Shown piece by piece: positions 37,044 to 49,982 of a DNA stretch of 64,000 nt. Below the pieces are notes generated by a model. It was given only the letters and a program-made list of their open reading frames with translations. It was not told the DNA's origin and did not search any database. Location: the NCBI RefSeq assembly GCF_001194135.2, contig NC_068986.1:47903706-47967705 (forward strand), given 5' to 3'. Source of the stretch: Octopus bimaculoides. Taxonomy: Eukaryota. Both the position numbers and the translations under genes were made by a program. The first letter of the stretch is position 1; every line of letters starts with the position of its first letter.

Positions 37044-37646
37044 NNNNNNNNNNNNNNNNNNNNNNNNNNNNNNNNNNNNNNNNNNNNNNNNNNNNNNNNN
37101 NNNNNNNNNNNNNNNNNNNNNNNNNNNNNNNNNNNNNNNNNNNNNNNNNNNNNNNNNNNNNNNNNNNNNNNNNNNNNNNNNNNNNNNNNNNNNNNNNNNN
37201 NNNNNNNNNNNNNNNNNNNNNNNNNNNNNNNNNNNNNNNNNNNNNNNNNNNNNNNNNNNNNNNNNNNNNNNNNNNNNNNNNNNNNNNNNNNNNNNNNNNN
37301 NNNNNNNNNNNNNNNNNNNNNNNNNNNNNNNNNNNNNNNNNNNNNNNNNNNNNNNNNNNNNNNNNNNNNNNNNNNNNNNNNNNNNNNNNNNNNNNNNNNN
37401 NNNNNNNNNNNNNNNNNNNNNNNNNNNNNNNNNNNNNNNNNNNNNNNNNNNNNNNNNNNNNNNNNNNNNNNNNNNNNNNNNNNNNNNNNNNNNNNNNNNN
37501 NNNNNNNNNNNNNNNNNNNNNNNNNNNNNNNNNNNNNNNNNNNNNNNNNNNNNNNNNNNNNNNNNNNNNNNNNNNNNNNNNNNNNNNNNNNNNNNNNNNN
37601 NNNNNNNNNNNNNNNNNNNNNNNNNNNNNNNNNNNNNNNNNNNNAT

Positions 37647-37965
37647 TACCAGACCGGGCGCTGTGAGTGTTTATTGAGCGAAAACACCTAAAGCTCCACG
37701 AGGCTCCGGCAGGGGATGATGGCGAACACTGCTGTACTCTTTCACCACAACTTTCTCTCACTCTTACTTCCTGTTTCTGTTGTGTCTGCAATTCAAAGGT
37801 TCAGCCTTGTCACACTGTGTCACGCTGAATATCCCCGAGAACTACGTTAAGGGTACACGTGTCTGTGGAGTGCTCAGCCACTTGCACGTTAATTTCACGA
37901 GCAGGCTGTTCCGTTGATTGGATCAACTGGAACCCTCGACGTCGTAAACAACAGAGTGCCAACAA
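37647..37965 (+). mobile_element. SINE family C copy (head in gap)
   Basis: Close match to 4195-4510. Confidence 0.85.
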
Positions 37966-38314
37966 CTGTATATGTTGTACATAATAAAAGAGAATGAATT
38001 AACGAATAAAGGGAAATGCTCAAAGACTTTATCTGTATGAAAAACAATAGTTAATTTAGTTTTAACATTAATGCATAGAACATTTAGAGAAACTTAGTGC
38101 GATAATTCTGGTATCAAAAATAAAACATCATTAACCAGGATGCTTAATAATTAAACCCCACCTCTTTATTCTAGTACAATGCTTGTCAACCATTTTTTGC
38201 CTATGGATTCCTTTAATTCCTACTTTACTCCACCGGACCTCCATAGTCATTTGGTGTATATAAAAAAAAACAACATTTTACTGTATTTTTATAATTAAAT
38301 ATTATTAGGAATTA

Positions 38315-38717
38315 GGCGCAAGAGTGGCTGTGTGGTAAGTAGCTTGCTTACCAACCACATGGTTCTGGGTTCAGTCCCACTGCGTGGCACCTTAGGCAAG
38401 TGTCTTCTACTATAGGCTCGGGCCGACCAAAACCTTGTGAGTGGATTTCGTAGACGGAAACTGAAAGAAGCCCGTCGTATATATGTATATATATATATGT
38501 TTGTGTGTTTGTGTGTCTGTGTTTGTCCCCCACCATCGCTTGACAACCGATTCTGGTGTGTTTACGTCCCCGTATCTTAGCGGCTCGGCAAAAAGAGACC
38601 GATAGAATAAGTACTAGGCTTACAAAGAATAAGTCCTGGGATCGATTTACTCGACTAAAGGTGGTGCTCCAGCATGGCCACAGTCAAATGACTGAAACAA
38701 GTAAAAGAGTAAAAGAG
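38315..38717 (+). mobile_element. Full-length SINE family A
   Basis: tRNA-like head (gtggctgtgtggtaag...gggttcagtcccac), body, (TA)/(TG) centre, 3' body and gtaaaagagtaaaagag tail. Confidence 0.9.
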
Positions 38718-38815
38718 TAATTATATTTAAAAATTTTAATATTTTGTGCATTGTATAGACATAAAGCAATTTATTGCGCACAAAATTTAGCAATAACATT
38801 TTATAAGGACCCCCC

Positions 38816-38910
38816 CCCCAAGGGCCATATGAATCCCCAAGGGTCATATGGATCCCCAAGGGCTATATGAATCCCTAAGGACCATATGGACCCCTGTTGA
38901 AAACCACTAG
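38816..38910. repeat. 19-bp tandem repeat (4 copies) ending in a hAT-like terminus
   Basis: ccccaagggccatatgaat x4, then gttgaaaaccactag, resembling Charlie-type termini. Confidence 0.75.
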
Positions 38911-40074
38911 TACATACCTTCCTTTAACACAAACACATACAAATGTAGGCGCGCTCATATTTCCATGTATGTTGTTGCGCTCTAAGTTGAATCTTTGGCA
39001 ACTTAATTTTTGTAAACTACTCCTAATATGCAAAAAGTATATAAAACAAAACAGAGGTATATAAAATTACTTTGGTAAAACAGAAACTGGGGTGTATTAA
39101 ATTTCAAAACTCTCCAAAAGTGTTAATACGTAATCTTAAACTTCTTAAAGTATCAGCATTGTTAGAATTTTTTCTTATACTTAAAACAGTGACCACGATT
39201 CTATCTCAATTTTCGTTATCTCTTAATTTAATCGCTTTTATATCCTTTCATTAAGACTTATCGACTTACTGAACAATCTACACTCTTCTCTTATCGGTGT
39301 CTTGTTTTACAGTGAACTATCATTTACATTCATACAGGTATAACAAACGAAAAAAAAAAAGAAAAAAAACGTTTCTCGCTTGTGGAAGATGCTCACCGAG
39401 ACTGGATGCACAGGTGTACCTAGGTTCTAAAGTTGGGTGATCTAGCACAAAAACAGTCCCCAGACAAGTAATAGATAATTTCAGATTTATTCAATTTTTT
39501 AAAATTCCGTACTTAAAATCAAAGCCCAAGAAAAAGAAATTTTACAGTAACCCCAGAATGTTTATTATATTTAAAAATGTGCTATGTAATTAAATATTTT
39601 ACACTTTTCAAAGATGCAATATGGAACTACCATTTTCATCTTGCATTATTCTCGCTAAGTTATCTACCACTTAAATTCACCACATTAGCAGTTTATCTTT
39701 CAATGTCGTGCACACAATATAACATTCTAACGTCGCTTTTTTCGGAACGAAGGTATGGTCTCATGTGCTCAAGCCAACCGACGAGACATTCAGCAACTAC
39801 CATAGCTATTGTTAAGATTTTTTTTAAATATGATACACTAATAGAATTTGTCATTGGCAATAAGGAATTTAAATTTCTTATGTGTTTCTGGACATTTTTG
39901 AATTTGCCATGTTATTGGTGTTCATTTGTATGTATTTTTAAAAATGAAATAACTCTCGCATGATTTCATTTCGACTGTGAATGGTACCAGAATATATGGT
40001 GGTTAAAAATTTTGAATCGTTACTAAAATGCTTTAAATCTAAAGCATTAAATATGAAAGTTATATTGTATACAC

Positions 40075-40477
40075 TTTTATTCTTTTACTTGTTTCAGTTA
40101 TTTGACTGCAGCCATGCTGGAGCACTGCCTTTAGTCGAGCAAATCGACCCCAGGACTTATTCTTTGTAAGCCTAGTACTTATTCTATTGCTCTCTATTGC
40201 CGAACCGCTAAGTTACGGGGACGTAAACACACCAGCATCGGTTGTCAAGCGATGCTGGGAGGACAAACAGACACACAAACATACACACACACATACATAT
40301 ATATACATATATATATATACGACGGGTTTCTTTCAGTTTCTGTCTACCAAATCCACTCACAAAGCCTTGGTTGGCCCGAGGCTATAGTAGAAGATACTTG
40401 CCCATGGTGCCACGCAGTGGGACTGAACCTGGAACCATTTGATAGGTAAGCGAGCTACTTACCACAGCCACTCCTGT
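40075..40477 (-). mobile_element. Full-length SINE family A
   Basis: Reverse complement of the 38315-38717 consensus. Confidence 0.9.
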
Positions 40478-40483
40478 ATATAG

Positions 40484-40781
40484 GGAGAATCATACTGCTT
40501 TAATATCCAATACACTCAGTGGTTGTATTTCCACTCATATTTTTTCTTTTCCAAAATTTTCGTAACTTTTGCAACCTTGTGAATGGATATTAACTCTGTC
40601 CGTTACCGGAACTGCATTCCTTTTGTTTGCTTGTGCGCATGTGTGTACGTCAGCGGACAGAGTCAACATCCATTGACAAGGTTGCAAAAGGAACGAAAAT
40701 TTTGTAAAAGAAAAAATTTGAATAATAAATGAGTAGAAAATGAACCGGTGTATTAGATATTAAGGCAGTATGACTCTCTCC
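40484..40781. mobile_element. Fold-back MITE-like element
   Basis: Imperfect inverted arms of more than 100 bp (ggagaatcatactgc...actctgtccg versus cggacagagt...gcagtatgactctctcc) with a short spacer. Confidence 0.8.
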
Positions 40782-41478
40782 AGACACAATAAAACATGCT
40801 TCAACACACGAATTCACATAAAGAATCTTGCAAACCAGATACAAAAGCGAAGTTATATTGTATATTTTTGCTCCAAGACTTTTAGTGATATTTGAAATAG
40901 AATCTAAACACACAACGTAGGATTCATTTATGAATTCTTTTTAACATGAAATATTCCTTTGTTCTTTCCGGTTTCATTATGGAACCTTTGACCTTTCCTG
41001 TCTCTTTGAGCTGCTTGTATTCCGTATCAATAACACATTTTCAAGCCAATTTAGTTACTACGTTCTCAATCAGTTTGAATTGTCATCCATACATACTTTT
41101 GCATGTTTTTCATTTTTTTTTTTTCGAAAAGCTGAATCAAATGAGAAATCGTTATCAAATCTGAACTACTTTTCTATAGATATATTGATAAGCTAGCAGC
41201 CTTATCTACCATTTCAAAATTAATAATTCATGAAAGCTGAGTTTCCAGTATACTCTTTGCCGCTAAGAATTCTCTATCAGTATTGGTAGAGCAACTACTA
41301 TTACTGGTGTCAAGCTTTGTAATATGCTAATTTCATAAGCAGAATTATAGGAACAAGGATCAAATAGCCCTTAATTGCGAATTTCTATTTCCGCCGTAGC
41401 GGAAGCACAGTCAATAGCAGAACGTATGAGAAGGGGTAACAACATCAACCGTGATCCAGTAGCGATGGAATCAACTGT

Positions 41479-43232
41479 TGACTCTTCATTACCCGCAAGA
41501 GGCACACACACAGACAATACAAGAACAACACAAGAATGGAGGAAAATAAACGAATGAAACAAGATGACAGGAAAAAAAGAATGGATGGATGAAATGACGG
41601 CCACTAGAAACCCAACACTCCCAGCGATCTCGTTGAAACTTGTTGTTTAAACATCATTTATACAGTCAATGAACAATATTAAAGTCTCTGAAACAATTTT
41701 AACATCATTAGCTCTTCCATTTAATCGTTTCTGGATATATGGTTCGGAGACTTACCGTAGCAGACAATCCGTCGATATCGACTTCTCTTCCCATATTGAC
41801 GACATTCCTTCCAAAACTCTCTTCCAGTATATCGAAGTTCTCCCTTGACATGAGTGAACATTTCACATGAGAGGACACCTCCTCACAATCCGAAGTGCCC
41901 AGTGTCCACTTTTACCAAAGAGTTCAAATTTTCAATCTCCTTTCTCACTGTTTCGTTCGCGTCATTATACAACACCATAAAGTATTTTTCTCAGGGTAGG
42001 TGGGGGAATTTTTGGCTGCCGTGTGTCTGCAAGACTGGTTGTGTAGGATGAGGACTGGTGTCTATAGAGGGAGTAGGGTAGAGTGGGACAGGGGGTCAAC
42101 ATCAGCAGTTTGTGTCCTCCTTTTTCACCCTTTTCTTCCGGCCGTTTCCCATTCATCCTTGGGTTTATCCTCCGCTTTGTCTTTTATTCCTTATTGCTGG
42201 GTTCTCCTTCGCTTACTCCTTTGCAGAACTTGTTACCGCAGGAGGAGAAGGTGCGGTTTCTTTTCCAAGTGATAGTGTCGCCGGTGCCTTTACGGGTGGT
42301 GGAGGGCATTCCGCTCATATGTGGCCTTTTTGGCCACACTTGTAGCAACGTGGCTTCCTGCCCTCCACCATAATCCTAAGTATCACTTCTTCGCCCACTG
42401 TTATGGTCTCTACTATCTTCTTCAGGTCCTCCGGGGCGGCCTGGATAACCATCTCCACGCGCTGCCCTTGCAATTTCTTTGTGCTGTTCTAGTTGCTTGG
42501 AGGACCACAATCTTTTCCTCGAGACCTAGCAGTATTGCTGCCACCAGCCAAGCCACATCCACCTTCAGAGGTATTTCTTCCACCCTTACCCTGGAAGAAC
42601 GCCTTCCAAAGTAAATGGGTAGAAGTACCACCTCGTCAGTCTTCAGTGAGGTTACTGAATGCTGCTTGGCTTTTGCTTCGGTAAGAAACCGCACCTCCAC
42701 TGTCGCAAACTTCCTCCCTTTGGCAAGGTAAGTAATATCCTGCCAGATAGGTTTCAGGACTCTCTCTACTTGTGTCATTGCCGTCTCTATTTTATTCATT
42801 TTAGGAATATAAGTTCTGTACACTATCGTCCTTTCGTTAGTTGTCATTGTAATCTCGTTGGGAGAGGATCAGCTTAACATCGTGCCCCTCCCTACGTAAC
42901 ATTTCCTGTATTTCTCTAGATCCCTCCTCTCAATACTTATCACTTCACTGTAACCTCTGGTCACAGCTGCAAAGTCCTTCTTACCTTCCATTTTCTTGTC
43001 AATAGAATTTATCGTTCTTAACTCCTCTTCAGACGTCGTCAAATCTGAAAAACTTAAATTTTCATATTCCAGGTTGAAGCAAAAATTACGACGTTTCCCC
43101 CTTCGCACAAAGGGGAAAACGTTAACAATACTGCTGCAAGATAGCAAAACAAGGTGTTTTAACAACACAAAACAACTATTTAATAGTAATTAAATTTAAC
43201 AAATAGTACTTACAATAAATTACCAATGAGAG
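41479..43232 (-). mobile_element. Zinc-knuckle (CCHC) Gag/ORF1-like retroelement, copy 2
   Basis: MEGKKDFAAVTRG...; ERTIVYRTY...GRKFATVEVRFLTE...RVRVEEIP...VAWLVAAI; VEGRKPRCYKCGQKGHI*AEC. Flanked by the direct repeat gatggaatcaactgt. Confidence 0.75.
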
Positions 43233-45469
43233 GATGGAATCAACTGTGTGTTCCCGTTCATTTTAATTGCAATATATAGTGAAAACAAAAACGGACAAGT
43301 TCACATAAAACTCATACATGCCATATGACTGACAGTTTTCACTATTTAAACAAATGTACAGCATTTGTTATTCATTAATAGTTCAATACACGACAACTGA
43401 AAATTCTAAAAGATTGCCTCTATTGCAAACTCTCTGGACACTCTTCTAGTACCACAAAAGTTTTTGAGAGGTTAATGTAAAATATTTGGCATGACTTCGT
43501 TGTTCTCTTAATACTGAAATTCGAAGTAAACTATCAGAAAACGGTAAAAACACTCAAGTGTTCCAAAAATCTATTATAAACACAGTTTATAAAACTTCTG
43601 ATATTTGGTGGCCAAACTATACTGGATAGATCCATTTACAAATTTAACGCATTCTTTGCAGCTAGTTTGATTACTAAAAGTATGTTAATTGGTCTACTCA
43701 GTTTATTTTAGCCACTAATTATGAATGGGTTTATAAGAAGTGTGTTAGTGGATAGTTACGGGGAATGTACAGTTGCTGAGGAAACTCCAAACATAATTGG
43801 AATGCGCGGTACGTACGACTGTTTCTTCCGTTGTCTGTGGATATAGTGTATATAATATTTATATTCATCATATGGTGCATTTATAAAATTTTACCATAAG
43901 ACAGATTTTTTTTCTTTACGGTAACTGTAGTGAATTTGCGTTTAGAAGTTCAAATATGTCGCAAGCATATTTTAACTAACCTAAAGTTCATTCACCATAA
44001 CATACAGAGTTGGCGAAAGATCTATTCTATAATACACTATTTGATTTCGGTATCACACACAGATGAGATCAAGATGAGATCGAAATATAAGTAGGTGATT
44101 AGGATTTTACAATCTTTATCATGTTCTATATTATTCTGATTCATTACGCTCTGAGTGCAAATCCTGCGATGGACAATTTTGTCTTTTATCCTTTCAGGTT
44201 GATAATACAAACTATCACCAAGTACTGGGGGTTCGAGATGTTGACTAAAACCCTCCCTTAAAAATTGTTGGCCTTGTGCCTAATGTTATTTTCATTACTA
44301 TGTATTAAATGCAAAATAGGTCAAACACGATGCTACAGTTGGTTTCAATTAAAATAAAACCCACTCTAGTTAGTATTGGTGTCCATAGTACAAACGAACC
44401 CCATCCTCAAAATTGCTGGCCTTGTTTCTAAAACAGAGGCAATTTTCCTTCTTATTGTTATTATTATTATCGTTATAAGGTCACGCATGACTGCATAGTT
44501 GAAAAGTGAACTTCTCAACCATGTGGTTTCGAGTTCAGCCCTATTATCTAACACCTCGAATAAGTGTCTTCTGCTATAGTCCAAGGCCAAACAAAACGAT
44601 GTAAGTGGGTTTAGTAAACGACAGCCGGACCAAGCCCATCGTGTGTGTGCGCGCGCGCATTAGTATCTGTTTTTCTTTGTCTTGACGTCATATGATAGTT
44701 ATAAACGACTGTCACACATATAAACCATGTCTCTCGTTTCCCGTCTTCCATGAAAACATGTCCAATCATGAGGTGAGAAAATATTAACTTACTTGGAAAC
44801 CGGTGAGGGTTAGCAACTGGCCATAGAAAATCTGATTCAAGGAGTTCTATCTAATCCAGGCAAGCAAAGTAAAGTGAACGTAAAACCGACAGTGTCATTA
44901 TGATACCAATGTACAGATAACAAACTCCACTTTCCAGTTCATAACAATTTACTTATAAATTGTATCTTTTTTCCGAGAAAATGCGACATAAAAGGCGGCA
45001 TGCGACTTTTGATGTCTTTCATGAAAAACATCGATACAAAATATATGTTATACTATAAATAACAATCCATAAAGTAGTCGTTCTGTAGTTAAACTTCATA
45101 TCGTTGTAGTGCGCTTCAATAATTAGTCAACTAATCAATAATCAAAATATAATGATTATTTCTGAATCAGACAGGTTTTCTGTAGTTACACAAACTCTTT
45201 GGATCTCTCGTTGACGATATAGAAAATGATGACAATGATGATCATCATCCTTATTTAATGTCCACTTTTCCATGCTTAAACATGGGTCTGATAGAATTTG
45301 TTGAGGCAGGTTTACAACAGCCAGATGATGCCCTTCTTGCACATTTTGTCTCCAAATTTCACCAGTTTCCAAACAAGTTAATATTTCCCCATTGCTTTAC
45401 GTTTTCCAATGGCGGTGATGCTCATTTGCAACCAGCACATGACGTCAAGACAAAGATACATACATGTCT

Positions 45470-45670
45470 GTGTGCTTAAAAGTTCTTGGCTTTAAGGGCA
45501 TCACGAAAGGCCTAGCTGGAGGCCCAACTTTTAGAGTTCTTTTAGGGCTTAGAAAAGTGAAGGACTGCCGCAATAAGTCTGAGAGGGGAATATGTTGACT
45601 AAAATCATGATTAAGTGATCCTCGTGCATTTTTTTTAATTCTAAGCGAGGAACTTTTCATCACCCTCTCG
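45470..45670. mobile_element. Short non-autonomous mariner-like element
   Basis: Ends gagggtgatgaaaagttcct and a degenerate aagaacttttaagcac resemble mariner TIRs. Confidence 0.5.
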
Positions 45671-45699
45671 CATACATACATACACACGCGCATATACAT

Positions 45700-45762
<63 letters not shown>

Positions 45763-46237
45763 GTGTGACTGCTTGGTAAAAGCTTGCTTCCCAACCACAT
45801 GGTCCCTGGTTCACTCCTGCAGCATGTCTTCTACTATAGCCTCGGGTGACCAAAGCCTGAGTGGATTTGGTAGATGGAAACAGAAAGAATCCCATCGTAT
45901 GTGTGTATGTATATATATATAGATAGATAGATAGGTAGATATAAATGTGCGTGTATGTGTGTATATCTATGTGTCTGCACATGTCCCCCTTGCCGCTGCT
46001 TGACAACTGGTGTTGGTGTGTTTATATCCCCATAATGTAGCAGTTCAGCAAAAGAGACCGATAAGATAAGTACAAGGCTTTAAATTATACAAGTCCTGGG
46101 ATTCATTTGTTTGACTAAAACCCTTCAAGATGGTACCCTAGCATGGCCACAGTCATCACTGTGTGATGAAGACTTCACAGCAAGACTAAATGCTTATGGA
46201 TATAGATGCAGGCATGGCTGTATGGTAAGAAGCTTGC

Positions 46238-46458
46238 AAGGCGACGAGCTGGCAGAAACGTTAGCATGCCGGGCGAAATGCTTAGCGGTATTTCGTCTGC
46301 CATTACGTTCTGAGTTCAAATTCTGCCGAGGTCAACTTTGCCTTTCATCCTTTCGGGGTCGATAAATTAAGTACCAGTTATGCACTAGGGTCGATGTAAT
46401 CGACTTAATCCCTTTGTCTGTCTCCTCTATGTTTAGCCCCTTGTGGGCAATAAAGAAA
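46238..46458 (+). mobile_element. SINE family B inserted into a family A head, with 12-bp TSD
   Basis: taagaagcttgc at 46226-46237 and 46459-46470. Confidence 0.88.
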
Positions 46459-47683
46459 TAAGAAGCTTGCTTCCCAATCACACAGATCCAGTTTTAGTCC
46501 CACTGCATGGCACCTTGGTCGAGTATCTTTTACTATAGTTTCAGGCCAATCAAAACCTTGTGAGTGGATTTGGTAGATGGAAACTGAAAGAAGCTGAGTG
46601 TGTGCATGTCTCCCCCTCCACCACTTGACAACTTCTGTTGGTGTGTTTATGACCCCATAATGGTTCAGCAGAAAATGATAGAATAAGCACCAGGCTTCAA
46701 AAAGAGTACTGGCGTTGATTCATTCAACTAAGATTCGCCAAGGCGGTCCCTCAGCATGGCCACAGTCTAATGACTGAAACAAGTAGAAGGTAGAAGATAA
46801 TTCTACATATTTATTTCATATTTTGTTAGTCTGCAGAGTTTTAAGAATCCCTGATTGTAATTCAGAGTGGGATGGACTGATACTTGTCTGATTTATTCAG
46901 AATACATTAGAGAGGTTAAACATTTTCAAAAAGTACTTCTACACCTCAGCTGATTATGGAATTAAATAATATTCTACCATAAACTCTATACGGGAAGGTG
47001 AAATTAAATGTAATGATAGACAGTTTTAGAAAGAACATTTGACTTTCTCCTTTTACAAGGATAAGCAATACATCTTAGTATTATGGCAAATAGCTGTGAC
47101 CAATTCACCTATAAGATAACTTCATTGTCTTCTTTATCACCACTGGTTGCCATACTTTATTTCAATTATATTATATTACAAAAGAAAATTCAACACTACA
47201 GTGGTCAATAGCACATCATACGTTTTATACATGGGTGTATTATCTTCTGGCACCTGATCTTTTACAATTATTTTGTTCAGTTGAAATTAAACCCTTACAA
47301 TAGATACACAATTTGGTACACAGCATAAGAAATCTAAGACATAGTCGCCCATATACGAAATAGAGTGGTTCTTTGTTAATTGAAGATGCAAAGATGATCT
47401 GATAAAAATAAATTTACAGGAAAAATGATACGTTGCTAGTTTAGATCATATATACATACATGCACACACGTGTATATACATTCACATACACACAACTAAA
47501 TAGGTAGACAGATAGGTAGATAGGTATGCATACATACACACATACATACATACACTCAATTATGTCTTTGAAATCAATGTTTGCAGATATTTAAAATTTG
47601 TATTGCCACATTGAAATAAATCTTTGAAAGCATAAGTAACCCTTCATAATGCCACTAAATTTCAATGACAGACATTTAATCTG

Positions 47684-49090
47684 ATGGCTGTGTGGTAAGT
47701 AGCTTGCTTACCAACCACATGGTTCTGGGTTCAGTCCCACTGCGTGGCACCTTGGGCAAGTGTCTCCTACTATTGCCTCAGGGCAACCAAAGCCTTGTGA
47801 GTGGATTTGGTAGACGGAAACTGAAAAAAGCCAGTTGTGTGTGTGTGTGTGTGTGTNNNNNNNNNNNNNNNNNNNNNNNNNNNNNNNNNNNNNNNNNNNN
47901 NNNNNNNNNNNNNNNNNNNNNNNNNNNNNNNNNNNNNNNNNNNNNNNNNNNNNNNNNNNNNNNNNNNNNNNNNNNNNNNNNNNNNNNNNNNNNNNNNNNN
48001 NNNNNNNNNNNNNNNNNNNNNNNNNNNNNNNNNNNNNNNNNNNNNNNNNNNNNNNNNTTGGTTTGCTCGACTAAAGGTGGTGCTCCAGCATGGCCACAGT
48101 CAAATGACTGAAACAAGTAAAAGAGTAAAAGAGTATCATACATCAAGGTTTTCTTAATTAATTGATCTTTTTCCTCCCCATTAGCAAAAAAAAAAATATT
48201 TTGAGCCTAGTCAAAGGTAATCAATATTTGTTTGATATTGGTTTCAAATTTGGGCACAAGGCCAGCAGTGTCAGGGAAGGGTGAAAATTGATTACATGAA
48301 CCGCAGTATTCAACTGGTACATATTTTATCAACCCCAAAAGAATGAAAAGCAAAGTCAACCTGACAGAATTTGAACCCAGAACATAAAGAGGGATGGAAT
48401 GCTGTTAAGCATTTTGCCCAGAATGATTCTGCCAGTTTTCAGCCTTATATTTGTTTGATGTTAAATTCAAATTTTGGCACAAGGCCAGCAATTTTGGGAG
48501 AAGGGGTAAGTCAATTACATCGATCTAGTATTGAACTGGTATTTTAATGACCCCGAAAGACTGAAAGGCAAAGTCAACATTGCAGAGTTTGAACTCAGAA
48601 CATAAAGATGAACGAAATGCTACTGAGCAGTTTGCCTGATGTTCTAACAATTCTGCCAGCTCACCACTTTAATATTTGTTTAATATTAATATCTAAATGC
48701 CAATGTTGATTTCATGTATTTATATAAAGTAGAAGAAAAATGTGTGACAGGCGTGGGAGTGGCTGTGTGGTAAGTAGCTTGCTTACCAACCACATGGTTC
48801 TGGGTTCAGTCCCACTGCATGGCACCTTGGGCAAGTGTCTTCTACTATAGCCTCGGGCTGACCAAAGCCTTGTGAGTGGATTTGGTAGACGGAAACTGAA
48901 AGAAGCCCATCGTATAATATGTATATATATATATATGTATATATGTATATGTATATGTTTGTGTGTCTGTGTTTGTCCCCCCAACATCGCTTGACAAACC
49001 GATGCTGGTGTGTTTACATCCCCGTNNNNNNNNNNTGCTCCAGCATGGCTGCAGTCAAATGACTGAAACAAGTAAAAGAGTAAAAGAGAG
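47684..49090. mobile_element. SINE cluster: two family A (+) copies flanking two family B (-) copies
   Basis: A at about 47684-48135 and 48750-49090; B at about 48240-48670. Confidence 0.8.
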
Positions 49091-49707
49091 TAAAGAGAGA
49101 GTACCTGTAAGACATCAACTGAAACAGTATAACTACAGGAAACTGAGCTGAGAAAAGTGTTGAATTGATGATATTAGAGATGGAACAGAAGAAGAGGGGT
49201 AATAGAGAGCTTAAATCACAACAACCAAGAGTGTTTTGTGAGCATATCAGGTTCTGGTTACAGCCTCAAGGCTCACGAAGAAACATGATCATCATAAAAA
49301 AATAATAATAAAAATGAAAAAAAACAAACAAATTCTCTATCTACAGACACGTGCTATAGACATGTTACACAGATGAGTGTAAATTATGTAATAATTGGGA
49401 ACTTTTATTCTCTGTAATTACACATATGATAATGAGAATGATTATAAGGACAGCTGAGAAAATGACGAGGTGATGAGAAGGAGGAAGGTATAGAAGCAAG
49501 ATGAAATGAAGAAAATACAACATAATCATAATCAATATACTTGGAATGCTTGAAAATATAAACACACTATTTATTTATCTATTTTTGTAGATTCTTCCCG
49601 ATTTCATTTATTCATTTTCTTCAAAATGAACTCTAAATTCCTTTATATTAATTCTGCCTGATTTCCTTTTTTACAATTTAACATGCATTATATATATATA
49701 TATATAT

Positions 49708-49982
49708 ATATATTATTTAAAAGAGTTTCAACTCTGTCTGTTTTATTTATATTCTTATAAAATTAATGTGGGATATTGAATATGGAATATATAATATAAA
49801 TAGTAAAATGAAACGAAGTATTGAATGTCTTATTGAATATAGGAAATATTGAGTATTAAATACTTCATTTCATTTTACTATTTATATGATATATTCCATA
49901 TTCTATATCCCACATTAATTTTATAAGAATATAAGTAAAACATAAAAAATAGACAGAGTTGGAACTCTTTTAAATAATATAT
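49708..49982. mobile_element. AT-rich fold-back MITE-like element
   Basis: Arms of about 115 bp (49708-49822 and 49859-49982) that are near reverse complements, embedded in TA. Confidence 0.85.
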
